Positions 13,572 through 27,400 are shown, numbered from the stretch's first letter. The stretch: DNA of 64,000 nt from Selaginella moellendorffii (GCF_000143415.4 NW_003314365.1:545496-609495), one strand, 5' to 3'. The notes: generated by a model from the sequence alone, not told the origin. Translations and numbers: made by a program.

Positions 13572-13788
13572 TGTTAGGCGCCAGCTTTGACTACGTGGTC
13601 AACATTAGTCAAAGGGAGGCTCAAGGGTATATTAAGGCATGTTAGGGTAAAGGACTTAACCTACCCTAGGGCTCACAGTGGAGCTTTTGAGGTAGCTCGG
13701 GGGTGGTTGGGTGGTGAGGAACTTCAAGAGGTGGTGTAGCATAGTCTAGGGCTACTAAATCTCTGTCTTTTTGCGCCGGATCATAACA
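13572..13788 (+). repeat. 5' LTR of element A
   Basis: Direct repeat of 18236-18464 with TG...CA termini. Confidence 0.95.
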
Positions 13789-13789
13789 T

Positions 13790-13800
13790 TGGTATCAGAG
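13790..13800 (+). promoter_or_regulatory. Primer-binding site (tRNA-iMet)
   Basis: TGGTATCAGAG, 1 nt after the LTR. Confidence 0.9.
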
Positions 13801-13811
13801 GATTGGTTGCG

Positions 13812-16800
13812 ATGGCCGACCAAGCTGAACGCTGGAATCCTATTGTCGATGGTGGTGCCGGCGATGGTGCCGACGAAGCTGCGGAAATTTGGACCATTCA
13901 AGATGTGGTTCATGAGCTGCGAGCCCTTAATAAAAATCAGCAAGAGATGCAAGACGAGATGCATGGCATGATGGATACCATGCGTGGGCGTGTTGAGGCA
14001 CTCAAGGCTGGACGGGGTAGCGCTCCAAGTAAGCCTTCTTTGGTAGATCGACTCAAGATTCCAACTTTTTCCGGTGATGGTGGTGTGGATGAGTGTCTCA
14101 CTTGGCTAGCCAATGTGAAGAAGTTCTTGGCTGCTAGGGGAACTCCGGATGCAAAGGCTTTAGTGGCTATTCCAATGGTTTTGCGTGATGCGGGTCTTCG
14201 ATGGTGGAATTGGCTTGAGGAGTCCCGTGTTGCGGATAAGAAACCACCAGTGTCTACCATGGATGAGTTTGAGGCTGCTTTCCGTTTACGTTTTGCCCCT
14301 CATTACGACATGGAGAATGCTCGTACAGAACTTTGACATTTTCAGCAAGGGAAAATGACGCTCGGGGACTATATTGAGAAGCTTACTCGCTTGATTAGTC
14401 GTGTTCCAACGAAGGATCCAGATCAGAACAAGTCCTACTTCATTGATGGCCTACATAGTGAGAGCATGCGGCAACACTTGCGTCATTCTCAGCCTACAAA
14501 GAGTTTGGAGGAGCTCTTTGATGCAGCTCGTCGACTTGACAATGACAAGCACAAGTCTCGCAAGCGTTTGCAGAGTCCTTCTGTTGAGAATCATCATGAT
14601 GATCACCGTGGACACAAGGATGGGAACAAGCATCACAAGTTGAAGTCGGTGGTGACTACTTCAGATGCAAAGGGGTCCAAGAAGCAGAAGTTCTTTGTGA
14701 AGAATTATCGACAGGGTTGTCATAATTGCGGCGAACTTGGACACTACAAGGCTGATTGTCCGCAGTTGAAGAACAAGCAGCAGGACAAGAAGAATGGCCA
14801 ATCTTCTTCTCACGGTAAGTCAGATACTAAAAAGTTGCAAACTTTGCAGCGTGAGGATGAGGAGAACGACCATTCCGGTCAGAGGAAGCGACTTTAGATC
14901 GTTGCTCGTCAGCTCAACTGTGTATGGAACAAGATGGAGCTTGAGGATACGCGTGAATCAGCTTTAATGCTAGAGGGCGTGTTCCGTGGCAATCTAGTGC
15001 GGATTTTACTGGATAGTGGGAGTGATGACAACTTTGTTTTGGCAAAGTTTGTTGCAGAGCATGGCTTGGTCACACGCGGAGTTCTTCCATACACAGTGGA
15101 AGGTGCAGCTACCTTTGCTCAGCATTTCGATGCTTATGTCAAGGGGCTGGAAGTGTTGGTTGGCAAAACCACACTTGTGGAGACTTTTTATCTCGCGGAT
15201 ATCCATTGTGTGGATCTCATCCTTGGGATGCCATGGTTGGTGAAGGTGGATCCAGAGATAAAGTGGAGTATTAAGCGTATCTCGCTGGAGTATGGTGGCG
15301 TTAAAGATGTGTGGTTTGGCGAGGGCGTTCAACCCCCAGTTGTTATGCTCTCTGCTACATCTTTGAAGCGGGCTTGTCGTAATGGAAAAGCACATTCGAG
15401 TTACTTGCTGTTTGTTCGTGACTTGGGGGACCAAGGCACGTGTGGGGGAGAAGCAGCAGTACGGGATGTACTTGATGAGTTTTCTGATGTTTTTCCATCT
15501 GAACTTCCTCATGGATTGCCTCCGTTACGAGGTGTGGAGCATGGGATTACATTGGAGCCGGGGACACGGCCAATTTACCGGCGTCCATTTCGGTTAAGTT
15601 ATGTGGAGGAGCAAGAAGTTCAACGACAAGTCAAGGAGTTACTTGAGTTTGGATTCATTCAGCCAAGTAAGTCTCCATTTGGTGCTCCGGTCTTGCTTGT
15701 GAAGAAGAAGGATGGTTCAATGCGAATGTGTATTGACTACCGCGCTTTGAACAAGAAGACAGTGAAGGATAAGATGCCGATGCCACGTGTGGATGATATC
15801 CTAGACAAGCTTGGTGAAGCACAAGTGTTTACCAAGATTGATCTGAGGAGTGGATATCATCAGATTGCAATGGATGATGCATCTATCTCCAAGACGGCAT
15901 TCAACACAAGCTTCGGACATTTTGAGTTTATAGTTATGCCGTTTGGTTTGACGAATGCACCAGCCACATTTACTTGGTTGATGACAGAGGTATTTGGGCG
16001 TTATCTTCATGAGTTTATGGAGATTTTCTTGGACGATATTCTTGTTTTTAGCAAGAATATGGAGGAGCATAAGGTGCGTTTGCGCAAGGTTCTTTTGTTA
16101 CTTTGAGACAACAAACTTTATGCAAAGAAGAGAAATTGTGAATTTGCAAAGTCGGAGGTGGAATATCTAGGCCATATTGTGACATCTCAGGGTGTCAAGA
16201 CGGATCCAAGGAAGGTGGCTGTGGTGGAAAACTGGCCTACACCGACTACAGTGGCCAAGTTGCGCAGTTTTCTTGGTATGGCTAGTTACTACCGACGTTT
16301 CCAGCATAAGTTTGCAAAGGTGGCTATTCCTTTGACGCGGTTGTTACGCAAGAATGTGCCATTCGAGTGGAAGAAGCCACAAGAGGAGAGTTTTGTGGCG
16401 CTGAAACAATTGTTGAGTGAGGCTCCAGTGCTTCGCATTGCTGATCCATCGAAACCTTACGAGGTGAAATGTGATGCGAGTGGTTATGCACTGGGAGGAG
16501 TTCTCATGCAAGAGGGACAGCCTATTGCATATGAGAGTCGAACTTTGAATTCCGTTGAGCAACACTATTCCACATATGAGCAAGAGTTACTCTCTATTGT
16601 TCATGCTTTGCGGACGTGGCGACACTATCTTTATGGTGCAGTGTTCGTGGTGTTGACAGATCACAAACTAGTGTATCTTTTCACACAAAAGGAGTTGAAC
16701 ACTAGGCAAGCTCGTTGGATGGTCAAACTCATGGAGTTTGGGGAGTTTCCTATTGAGCATCGTCCGAGAAAATCAAATGTGGTGGCGGATGCCTTATCTC

Positions 16801-18160
16801 GTGTTCGTCATGTGACGACGTTACGAACACGATTTTGTCATCATTTGAGTAAGGTGGTCAGCGAGTTTGGGCAATTGGTTGAGCATGCTTAGGCTCAGGA
16901 TGCTGAGGTGGCCTCTTTGCGAGACCAGATGGAAGCTCCTTTCTCATTGGTGGATGGGATTCTCTACTACAATGGCCGTGTATATTTGCCACGGGTGGAT
17001 GCGTTAATTACTCAAGTTTTATTCCACTATCATGATCGTCCAGAGGCCGGTCATTTTGGGGGGAAGAAGACGTATGAGTTGATTAAGCACAACTTATATT
17101 GGAGGAATATGAAAGCTGATATCCTCAAGTATTGTAAATCATGCGAGCTTTGTCAGCGGGTTTAGGTGCCACGGGAGAAGCCGGGGGGACTTTTGCAACC
17201 TTTACCTATTCCTCAGAGCCGTTGGTGTAGTATCTCTATGGACTTCATCACTTGTTTGCCACAAACACAGAGGCAAAAGGAGCAAGTATGGGTCATAGTG
17301 GATCGGTTGACGAAGTATGTGCGGTTGTTGGCTCTTTGGAAGACTGTCACTGCCTCAGACTTGGCTGCGGTTTACTTGGAGAAGGTTTTTCCTGATTTTG
17401 GTTTGCCAGAGGACATCATTAGTGATCGAGATTCAAAGTTCACCAGTAGATTTTGGAAAAGCTTTGCAAAGGCTATGCAAGTGACTTTGAAACTCTCAAG
17501 TGGAGATCATCCTCAGACGGATGGGCAAACCGAGCATGTGAATTAGGTGGTGGAGGATATGCTATGTTGTAGCATTGGTCAAAGGCAAGGACAGTGGGAT
17601 CTATATCTTCCGTTGGTGCAATTTGCTTACAACAATAGCCAACACAGTGGAACCAAGCTAAGTCCTTACTTTGCCATGTTTGGAAGGCATCCTCGAACAG
17701 CGGTGGAGTTGGGATTGCATTTGAGTAAGGACGTTCAAGATAAACTTGATTCCGAGGTGACTGATTTGGCCACAAAACTTGATGAGATTTTGGTGGTGTG
17801 CAAACGGAATTTGCAAGCAGCTCAGGATAGAGCGGAGAAGTTTGCCAATGAGCATCGCCAATTCCGGGAATATAAGGTGGGTGATCTCGTCTTTGTGCGA
17901 GTGATCTTTCCGTCAAGTGAGCGGCAGAACACCTTGGTGCCTTTACGGATAGGGAAGAGTGATAAACTCTCCCATCAATATGCTGGTCCATATGAAGTGC
18001 TGGAGCGCATTGGTAAAGCGGCTTATCGGGTGCGGCTGCCAGCTGGGGTGAAAATTCATCCGGTATTTTATGTCAGCTAGTTGAAAGGTGTACTATCTCG
18101 GAGTGACGGGCCCAATGCCTCCTTGATGTATACGGCTGTGGAAGATGGACCAGGAGCTTG
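13812..18160 (+). pseudogene. gag-pol of element A with several in-frame stops
   Basis: Collinear ORF pieces separated by single stop codons (14334, 14895, 16104, 16890, 17163, 17544, 18078). Confidence 0.9.
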
Positions 18161-18235
18161 AGCAGGATTCCCCAGAAAGGGTGATCACCAATACAACTCG
18201 TCCTTGGGAGAAGGACTTTGTTGGGGGGGAAGAAT

Positions 18236-18464
18236 TGTTAGGCGCCAGCTTTGACTACATGGTCAACGTTAGTGAAAGGGAGGCTCAAGGGTATATTAAG
18301 GCATGTTAGGGTAAGGGACTTAACCTACCTTAGGGCTCACGGTGGAGCGGCGGCGCAGTGGAGCTTTTGAGGTAGCTCGGGGGTGGTTGGGTGGTGAGGA
18401 ACCTCAAGAGGTGGCGTAGCATAGTCTAGGGCGACTAAATCTCTGTCTTTTTGCGCCGGATCAT
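18236..18464 (+). repeat. 3' LTR of element A
   Basis: Follows the GGGGGGGAAGAA PPT and carries a short extra GC-rich segment near 18340-18358 relative to the 5' LTR. Confidence 0.92.
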
Positions 18465-18474
18465 TGTACATTGG

Positions 18475-19165
18475 TAACAATCCTCCCCCTCGTCAGGGAA
18501 TGATCGTCCACGATCATACTTAGGCCACCATCCGGTCACCATGGTCCTTCTCTTAGGGTCTACCAAACCTTGGTTCTCCCTCTAAATCCACCATGTTGAA
18601 TATTCCTTCAGAATATTCCTGCCCCACTTGTTAGCCACGAGAATCGAACTAGGCTCCGATACCAATGTTAGGATCTTATCCCTTACACCCTAAGCCAACT
18701 AGCTAAAGGGGTGATCACTTGATTGTAGGGCCCTTTCTTTATCCTATTATCCTGACCTGGTGCCTAACAATCCTCCCCCTTGTCAGGGAATGATCGTCCG
18801 CGATCATACTTAAGCCACCATCTGGTCACCAGGGTCCTTCTTTTAGGGTCTACCAAACCTTGGTTCTCCCTCTAGATCCACCATTATTGAATATTCCTTC
18901 TGAATATTCCTGCCCCACTCGTTAGCCACGAGAATCGAACTAGGCTCCGATACCAATGTTAGGATCCTATCCCTTACACCCTAAGCCAACTGGCTAAAGG
19001 GGTGATCACTTGATTGTAGGGCCCTTTCTTTATCCTATTATCCTGACCTGGTGCCTAACAATCCTCCCCCTCGTCAGGGAATGATCGTCCACGATCATAC
19101 TTAGGCCACCATCCAGTCACCATGGTCCTTCTCTTAGGGTCTACCAAACCTTGGTTCTCCCTCTA
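18475..19165 (-). mobile_element. Tandem array of a TRIM-like miniature LTR element (291-bp period)
   Basis: 104-bp LTRs at 18666-18769 and 18957-19060 (TGTTAG..CTAACA). On the minus strand each is followed by PBS TGGTATCGGAGCC, ~190 bp of non-coding sequence and PPT GAGGGGGAGGA. Confidence 0.85.
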
Positions 19166-20051
19166 TCCTGAGCTGCTTGCAAATTCCGTTTGCACACCAC
19201 CAGAATCTCATCAAGTTTTGTGGCCAGATCAGTTGCCTCGGAATCAAGCTTATCTTGAACGTCCTTACTCAAATGCAATCCCAACTCCACCGCTATTCGA
19301 GGATGCCTTCCAAACATGGCAAAGTAAGGACTTAGCTTGGTTCCACTGTGTTGGCTATTGTTGTAAGCAAATTGCACCAACGGAAGATATAGATCCCACT
19401 GTCCTTGCGTTTGACCAATGCTACAACGTAGCATATCCTCCACCACCTGATTCACACGCTCGGTTTGCCCATCCGTCTGAGGATGATCTCCACTTGAGAG
19501 TTTCAAAGTCACTTGCATAGCCTTTGCAAAGCTTTTCCAAAATCCACTAGTGAACTTTGAATCTCGATCACTAATGATGTCCTCTGGCAAACCAAAATCA
19601 GGAAAAACCTTCTCCAAGTAAACCGCAGCCAAGTCTGAGGTAGTGACAGTCTTCTAAAGAGCCAACAACCGCACATACTTCGTCAACCGATCCACTATGA
19701 CCCATACTTGCTCCTTTTGCCTCTGTGTTCGTGGCAAACAAGTGATGAAGTCCATAGAGATACTACACCAACGGCTCTGAGGAATAGGTAAAGGTTGCAA
19801 AAGTCCCCCCGGCTTCTCCCGTGGCACCTTAACCCGCTGACAAAGATCGCATGATTTACAATACTTGAGGATATCAGCTTTCATATTCCTCCAATAAAAG
19901 TTGCGCTTAATCAACTCATACGTCTTCTTCCCCCCAAAATGACCGGCCTCTAGACGATCATGATAGTGGAATAAAACTTGAGTAATTAACGCATCCACCC
20001 ATGGCAAATATACATGGCCATTGTAGTAAAAAATCCCATCCACCAATGAGA
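19161..20051 (-). mobile_element. Inverted copy of family A integrase segment
   Basis: Reverse complement of ~16942-17832 with scattered substitutions. Confidence 0.9.
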
Positions 20052-20071
20052 TTGAGATTGTTAACATTGTT

Positions 20072-20923
20072 CTCAAGATTCCAACTTTTTTTGGTGATGG
20101 TGGTGTGGATGAGTGTCTCGCTTGGCTAGCCAATATGAAGAAGTTCTTGGTTGCTAGGGGAACTCTAGATGCAGAGGTTTTAGTGGCTATTCCGATGGTT
20201 TTGCGTGATGCGGGTCTTCGATGGTGGAATTGGCTTGAGGAGTCCCGTGTTGCGGATAAGAAACCACCAGTGTCTACCATGGATGAGTTTGAGGCTGCTT
20301 TCCATTTACGTTTTGCCCCTCATTATGACGTGGAGAATGCTCATACAGAACTTCGACATTTCCAGCAAGGGAAAATGACGCTCGGGGACTATATTGAGAA
20401 GCTTACTCGCTTGATTAGTCGTGTTCCAACGAAGGATCTAGATCAGAACAAGTCCTACTTCATTGATGGCCTACATAGTGAGAGCATGCGGCAACACTTG
20501 CATCATTCTCAGCCTACAAAGAGTTTGGAGGAGCTCTTTGATGCAGCTCGTCGACTTGACAATGACAAGCACAAGTCTCGCAAGCATTTGCAGAGTCCTT
20601 CTGTTGAGAATCGTCATGATGATCACCGTGGACACAAGGATGGGAACAAGCATCACAAGTTGAAGTCGGTGGTGACTACTTCAGATGCAAAGGGGTCCAA
20701 GAAGCAGAAGTTCTTTGTGAAGAATTATCGATAGGGTTGTCATAATTGCGGCGAACTTGGACACTACAAGGCTGATTGTCCGCAGTTGAAGAACAAGACA
20801 AGAAGCAGCAGGACAAGAAGAATGGCCAATCTTCTTCTCACGGTAAGTCCGATACTAAAAAGTTGCAAACTTTGCAACGTGAGGATGAGGAGACCCACCA
20901 TTCTGGTCGGAGGAAGCGACTTT
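20072..20923 (+). mobile_element. Second copy of family A gag segment
   Basis: Matches ~14052-14894 with scattered substitutions. Confidence 0.9.
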
Positions 20924-20996
20924 CGGAGGAAGCGACTTACCCCACCTCCTGCCTTTCAGTGCCGAGCTTGGGTAGGTTTTGAGCTCATGAGCTTAT

Positions 20997-23900
20997 TGTA
21001 AGCGACAAAATTTTCCATTTTACTTTAGTCACTTAACCACACCTCTGACCACTTGGAGGAGTCTCACTCACACCCTCGTAAGTCCTGTTTTGGACTTAGG
21101 GACTTACTAGCCCCAAGAATGGCATCCATGCCATTAAACCATTGCACTTGGTCCAAGTGCTCCATGTGTCTGATCCTATGACCGACACCCCAAGGTACCA
21201 CCGATGTATCAGCCTATTACGATAAGGCCATGCCCATTCACATTGGTCACACCGGTAGTCTACATCACAGCTCCGTCTCTCAAAGATTGGGCCATCTATC
21301 CATGAGTGATCATCCTAGATCCACTCCTTAGCATCTTTAGGATGCCTGCAGGCATGGGGAATGGCCTTCCCCAATATCTTTTTTCCGGTCCCCACCAAGT
21401 CCCTTTCTGCCCATGGCCGTGTTCGCCAACACTGCCACTGGATTGGGGCCCATAAGCCTGACCACTAAGTCGCACGGTCCTCTTCCTTTGCATAGTTTGG
21501 GACTTTGGGACAATATTTTGGAACACCATGGCTTTACGCAAGCCTCATGGGTACTCTACCCACCTTCTACCTTTTGGTGCTCTAGCCATGGGCTTAGAGC
21601 GAGGTTCCGTTGAGCCATATTAGGTATCCAAGTGGGTAGTGCCACCCACACTTGGACTGGGAGCATTGACCATTCGATCTCCCAGGGGAACTAGAGTCGG
21701 CTCTTGAACACTTCACCAAGCTACCCCGCTTGTCAGTCCATATTCACTCTAGTCTTGGACTTCTTAGTGGATATCCCATCATCCAACACTTGGGCACAGC
21801 CTTCCTGGGCCAAATTGGCCTTTCCTGGCCAAACTATCCTTTCCTAGCCAAATTGGCTCCATTGGAGTCCTCCCCCTACTATACTTTTGGAGCTCACCAA
21901 ACCCCCCAGGGTCTGGGAGACGAACGCTTTGGGCTTTCACCCTCTCAGACTCGAACTCGGACTCGGACTTGGACTCGGACTTGGACTCAGACTCGGACTC
22001 GAACTCATACTTGGGCTCAATCTTGGCCTCGGCCTCGGTCTTGGTCTTGGTCTCGGTCCCGGTCCCGGTCTCGGTCTCAGTCTCGGTCTGGACTTCGGAC
22101 TCCATCTTAGGTCCTTCTCGGACTCCATCCCGGATTCCATCTCGGGTCCATCTCAGACTCCATCTCGGGTCCATCTCGGACTCCATCTCTGTCCATCTCG
22201 GACTCGATCTCGGACTCTATCTCGGAATCCATTTCGGACTCCATCTCGGGTCCATCTCGAACTCCATCTCGGTCCATATCGGACTCCATCTTGGGTCCAT
22301 CTTGGACTCCATCTCGGTCCATCTCGGACTCCATCTTGGGCTTCATCATGGACTCCAACTCGGGTCCATCTTGGTCTATATCAGACTCTATATCAGACTA
22401 TATCTTGGACTCCAACTCGGGTCCATCTCGGACTCCATCTCAAACTCCATCTCGTGTCCATCTTGGGTCCCTTTTCTAGAGACTCTCTTATGGCTCGCTT
22501 CATGCTTGTTCCTTAAGCACTCCGTTCGGAGTTCCACTCCCGCTCTCAACCTTTCAAGTTGGAGCTTTTAGTCCAAACATGTTATGCTCATTTGGCTTTC
22601 GCTTCTGCCACCACCACATGGCACCCTTTCGGCTCCACTTTGGGGCTTAGGGATTTGTTTCTCACAACTCCACCACCCATAGACGAAGTTTGATGTCCCT
22701 ATCGAACAGTAAACCCCTTTTATAAAGTAACACCCGTATGTATTACCATTTCCATTTTTGGCACCCAGCCAATGTTTGTCTATGGTTTGACCCCCAAGGT
22801 TCACCATGCCTTATCCATCCTCTAAGGAGCATAGTCTCTCCAACAAAGAGACTCATTCGGCCATATAGGGTGGTTTGCTCCCCTTTTATTGGTTCAGTTC
22901 TCGCTAAACCCGTTAGAGACACCTTCTCTAACTCAATTCCACTACTCATTCTCAAGTAGTCTCAAATTCCATCGACATAACCTTTGCACTTTGGAACCTT
23001 TAATTTTGACTCTCAGAGTCAATTTCCTAGGTGTCTCCGACACATTTCGTTGCACATGGTGCAACTCCACTTCCCCATCCTAGGAAGTTCTTTACTTGAG
23101 GGCGCCATCATCCTCTCCTTGATATTGTGCCTCCTCGATATCGATTAAGTTCTAGTTATCATAATTTGTGCTAAGGCTGGCCCCGGCCCTATTATTTGGC
23201 TACCTTACTACTCCCACTTTGGAGCTTCCACTTTCACCAAATTGGAGCGGTTGGGAATCCATCCTTGGGAAAACATTGCCTTTCCCACAATCCGTTAGCA
23301 CCCAACACATTAGTGTTCTTGGCCTAACTTGCCATTTGGGTTCTTTCCCATAATTCCCATGGCTCTTTTTTTAGCCACTAATCTTTTGCTCCTATCCTTG
23401 ATTGTTGCACCTAGCAATATAGGATCGCTACCTCCATTCTCGAGGTATCCTTTCGGTTCCATAGTGAAGGCTTTTTTTTTGCCAAGTCTAGAGGGTGCTC
23501 ACCCTTAGTACCTCTCTTTACCATTTTCTACTGTGGGCTTTATCTACGGCCCAATTTTGGGACCCTCCCACGGGTCTTTTATAGAGACCACTTTCTTTGG
23601 ACTCACTATGCTATCGTTTTAATATAGCTCATTTCCCTTACATATTCTTCCCACTTGGTCCCCTTGCCTAAGCCACACCATCATCAATAGTTCAAATCAA
23701 CACTTTGAACTAGGAACTTTATTCCTTATCCTCACAAGGACCTCGTCCTTGTTTTAAGCCATAAGATCACATAGTGATCTAACCTCGGCACCTTAACAGG
23801 TTTGCCAATAGGTACTAGGTCTTCTAGACCTTTAAGTTGTTCACCATGACCCCGGGGGCATCCCCCACACTTGGCAGTGCACCCAAGCCAGCCCTTCCGG

Positions 23901-26900
23901 CCAAGGGTCATAGCAACTGAGACTGGGTGTCCCCATCTCCTTCACCACGTCTTTGGTGCCACTTGCACCAAAGTGCTCAAGTTAGATATGGCGAGCCACA
24001 CTAAGCAATCTAACTGTGCATCATGACTCTGAAGCATCCTCCGCTTGGTGGTGTGCCCAAGCCAGTCTCCTCACTGAGAGTCCATAACCACTGAAATATG
24101 AGTGTCCTCATATTCCAAACCATCACCACGCCCTAGTGATTTGGGACTCGAACCCAAGCACTAGAGGGTTAGGACACGAACCCAACCTTCGTATATGCAT
24201 CTACGGATGGCATCACCCAAGATGCCTAGCGTGACTCCCCATGCCGGTGCACCAATTTATACCAAAAGCGTGCTACGGATCATAGCTTAGGAACTTAGTC
24301 CCTCCAAATTGCCAAGTCTTCTCACTTAATAAATCTATGATTATGCATGGACTCCTCCATGCTTGGCCCCATGAGCCACCCTTTTGAAGTTAGCACCTTC
24401 AACTAGGGGATTTGTTCCCTTGACTTGCCACTCTCACTTAGCAAGTCACCTGACCAATGTAACATGGTTTTATGCATAAGCGTGAAAGTCTTTGACCATC
24501 GACTTTCGTTCAAAGTCATCCCTTTGAACACTCAAGAACTATTTCCCTAACCTTGATAGCATTGCCTTATGGCAAGCTCCAACACCATGCTTTTGCTGTG
24601 CCACTCTGATTTCACGCGTTCTATGAAACATTTACTCTTGACTTTCTAGGTACTACGCTACCTAAGATTGACTTTGGGAACCTTGAAGGAACTCTGTCCC
24701 TTAGCTTGTTAAGGCTTGTCTTTTTGCAAGTCTTCTAATTGCTATATGGTTTAACATGGACAATTCCATACCTTAGACTCTCTATGGCACCACAGTTGTT
24801 AGTAACAACATGCTTGAGCGCCCACTTGATTTTTCACTCCCAACTGATATAACCACCCTTGGCTATGCTCTTTGATTCCTATGGTTTGGTTTTATCCCTT
24901 TACTACTTGGTTTTGGCCTCACATATTTCCTTTGGTTATTTACCTCTAGACTAGGAAGATAGCCTTGCACTTTCTACCATGTTTTAGCAAGTATTCTTAG
25001 GGATAAACGTACCTGATAGCCTAAGGAGTGGTTCCTCAATCCGGGTATGCTCACCTTATAATCCCACATACTGGGATTAATGTTGCTACTTATAGGCCTA
25101 TATTTGCCCATCCCCAACCTTGCCAAAATCCCATTTTTGGTTTTATCCAAATGGGGTAGATGGATTCCTCCCGTCTCCACAACCTTGAACGTTTGGATGG
25201 CACCTCTTATCCATCATTCACTAGGGACTTAGTCCCTTGGGCCTTATCTAATGCCCTTGCGACAGCAAACACCATTTCCTGGTGTTTTAGAGTGTTTGGG
25301 TGTCCCAATGATGATTTTCTTTGGCAATGAACATTCCCTTTACGACATTGACTTACTATATCACAACATAAGTAGCTTCTCTCCCATAAGGGTATATCCA
25401 ACTTCTTTATCCCAGAAGTCTTATGTAGCTACTTTCTACCAGTTTAACCAATTATTTTGCACCTTTTGCTTAGTTGCCTCATAGTTGTCAAGTCCTACAA
25501 CTCATTGCTTGGTGCTTCCACACCTCCATCATTATCTGGATCACCACACTCCAATCGCATACCTTCCAGCTTAGGCTATGCCATTCCTATTTCCATTGGG
25601 ATTCCCTTGGTAAGGGGTTCTCATGAACCCACCAACATAACCTCAAGGTATCACACCCTGGCACATTTGGTGTTTCCACACCATCAGCTCCATAAGCCTA
25701 TCTTTATGACACTACTTATTAGTGTCTAGGTCTTTGCTAAGACCAATACAGTGTTTCTTATACTAGCTATTTGTTAACACTACACCATAGTGTTCACACA
25801 CAACTCTATGCTAAAGTTGCTTTCTTTTTTGGGGAACACCTTTCCCATGACTTTAGCATTTCATATTTTGCCATCGATGAGATACCCTTTTTTGTCATAC
25901 TTGGATTTTATGATCCCCCCCCCATCCTTCGTGGGGTACCACACACCTTAGTCCAAATGCTTTCATCAATCCTTTAGGACTATTCCTTGAGTCTATTTGA
26001 GTCATCCAGCTTTTTAGACTTTATCATCCGACAATTTGTAAGGTCCTACCTTTGAGGTGCCAGCTCACTGGAATATAACTTCTTGTATTCAAGTCTTACT
26101 CACAAGGACCATCTTTGCAAGTTTTACTCTGACACTTGATTTGTTCTCTTGGGGCAACCTTTTGCCCCTTAAGACCACTTGTCCATGTGATGAGAATACC
26201 AACTCATCCTCTGAGTACACCCCTCCCCCCCAAGTCCTTGGGTTGTTCCAACATTTATTAGAGGTAGCCCCTGCCACCATTTTAAGGACTTGTGTCCTCT
26301 TCTGTATTTGACATCCCATGATCATCAATTCCGGTCTCAAAGTTATGAGCACCAGCCTCTGTTATATGAGGGTAATCTTGTGACTCCATTATTGTTTTGG
26401 AGTCTACATCTTTCCCGTGATCCCAACTATAGTTGTTTACCACAACTACGTTAACCCGTTTGCTGCGTCAAACGCTCATTTGGATCACATCCTTAGCTCT
26501 TTAAGGAAACCTTATACTGTTCTCAAGATCCCAAAGTTGTTCCATTATTGGCCCTTTTCTATCCACCACCTCACCTAGAAGTTCACACATGAACTGTAGT
26601 GGAGAGTCATGTCTTCCTGACTTGCTACTTCTCAAGGATAGGCCCACTCCTGGGACCTTCTGATGCCAACACCAGTGGTGATATTCTTGAGCACCAATAA
26701 AAGTCAAACTAAGGAACCGCTCCAATACCAAGTTGTAAGTAACTAAATTTTCCATTCTACTTTAGTCACGTAACCACACCTCAGACCACTTGGAAGAGTC
26801 TCACTCAAAACCTCCGTAAGTCCTATTTTTGACTTAGGGACTTACTAGCCTAGGGAATGGCATCCATGCCACTAAACCAATGCACTTGGTCCAAGTGCTC

Positions 26901-27400
26901 CACATGTCTGATCCCATGATCGACACCCCAAGGTACCATTGATGTATCAGCTTGTTATGCTAAGGCCATGCCCATTCACCTGGTCACACCAGTGGTCTGA
27001 CACAACTTACATCACAGCCCTGTCTCTCAAAGACTAGGCCATCTGTCCATGAGTGATCATCCCAGATCCACTCCTTAGCATCCTTAGGATGCCCGTAGGC
27101 ATGGGGAATGGCCTTCCCCAATATCTCTATTTTGATCCCCACCAAGTCCCTTTCTGCCCATGGCTATATTTGCCAACATTGCCACTGGATTGGGGCCCAC
27201 AAACCTGACCACTAAGTCCCACGGTCTTCTGGGACTTCCTCCTCACATGATTGTATCCTTGGTCTCTACCCTAGAGGATGGCTCCTCTTCCTTTTCACAA
27301 CCTGGGACTTTGGGGCAACATTTCAGAACACCGTAGCCTTACGCAAGCCTCGTGGGTACTCTCCCCGCCTTCCGCTTTTGGGTGCTCAAGCCATGGGCTT
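20997..27400 (-). mobile_element. Large LTR element with no recognisable ORF (element B; LARD-like or decayed)
   Basis: 3' LTR 20997-22666 with a purine-rich tract at 22667-22680 (minus). Partial 5' LTR 26734-~27400. PBS TGGTATTGGAGC at 26719-26730 (minus). The ~4-kb interior has no intact domain I can recognise. Confidence 0.7.
21944..22465. repeat. LTR-internal 6/12-mer minisatellite (GGACTC / CTCCATCTCGGA)
   Basis: Degenerate tandem hexamers; reverse-complement versions at ~27487-27730 and ~55840-56043. Confidence 0.9.

Larger units (their letters stand above)
13572..18464 (+). mobile_element. Near full-length Ty3/Gypsy LTR retrotransposon (element A)
   Basis: 5' LTR 13572-13788 (TGTTAG..TAACA), PBS 13790, gag with CHNCGELGHYKADC, protease LLDSGS, RT FLDD, RNase H, integrase with GPY motif, PPT 18223-18234, 3' LTR 18236-18464 lacking its last 4 nt. 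Confidence 0.95.

Noticed and set aside
14889-14903. Programmed gag-pol read-through at TAG 14895
   Set aside because: It cannot be distinguished from the other decay stops, and the second gag copy breaks off at this point.
18475-19165. CRISPR-like or satellite array
   Set aside because: Units are near-identical throughout, with LTR/PBS/PPT structure and no unique spacers; the context is eukaryotic.
21730-22571. Overlapping ORFs with LGLGLG, SRSR and ESES repeats (also 27386-27831 and 55806-56057)
   Set aside because: They are translations of the LTR hexamer minisatellite, open in many frames.
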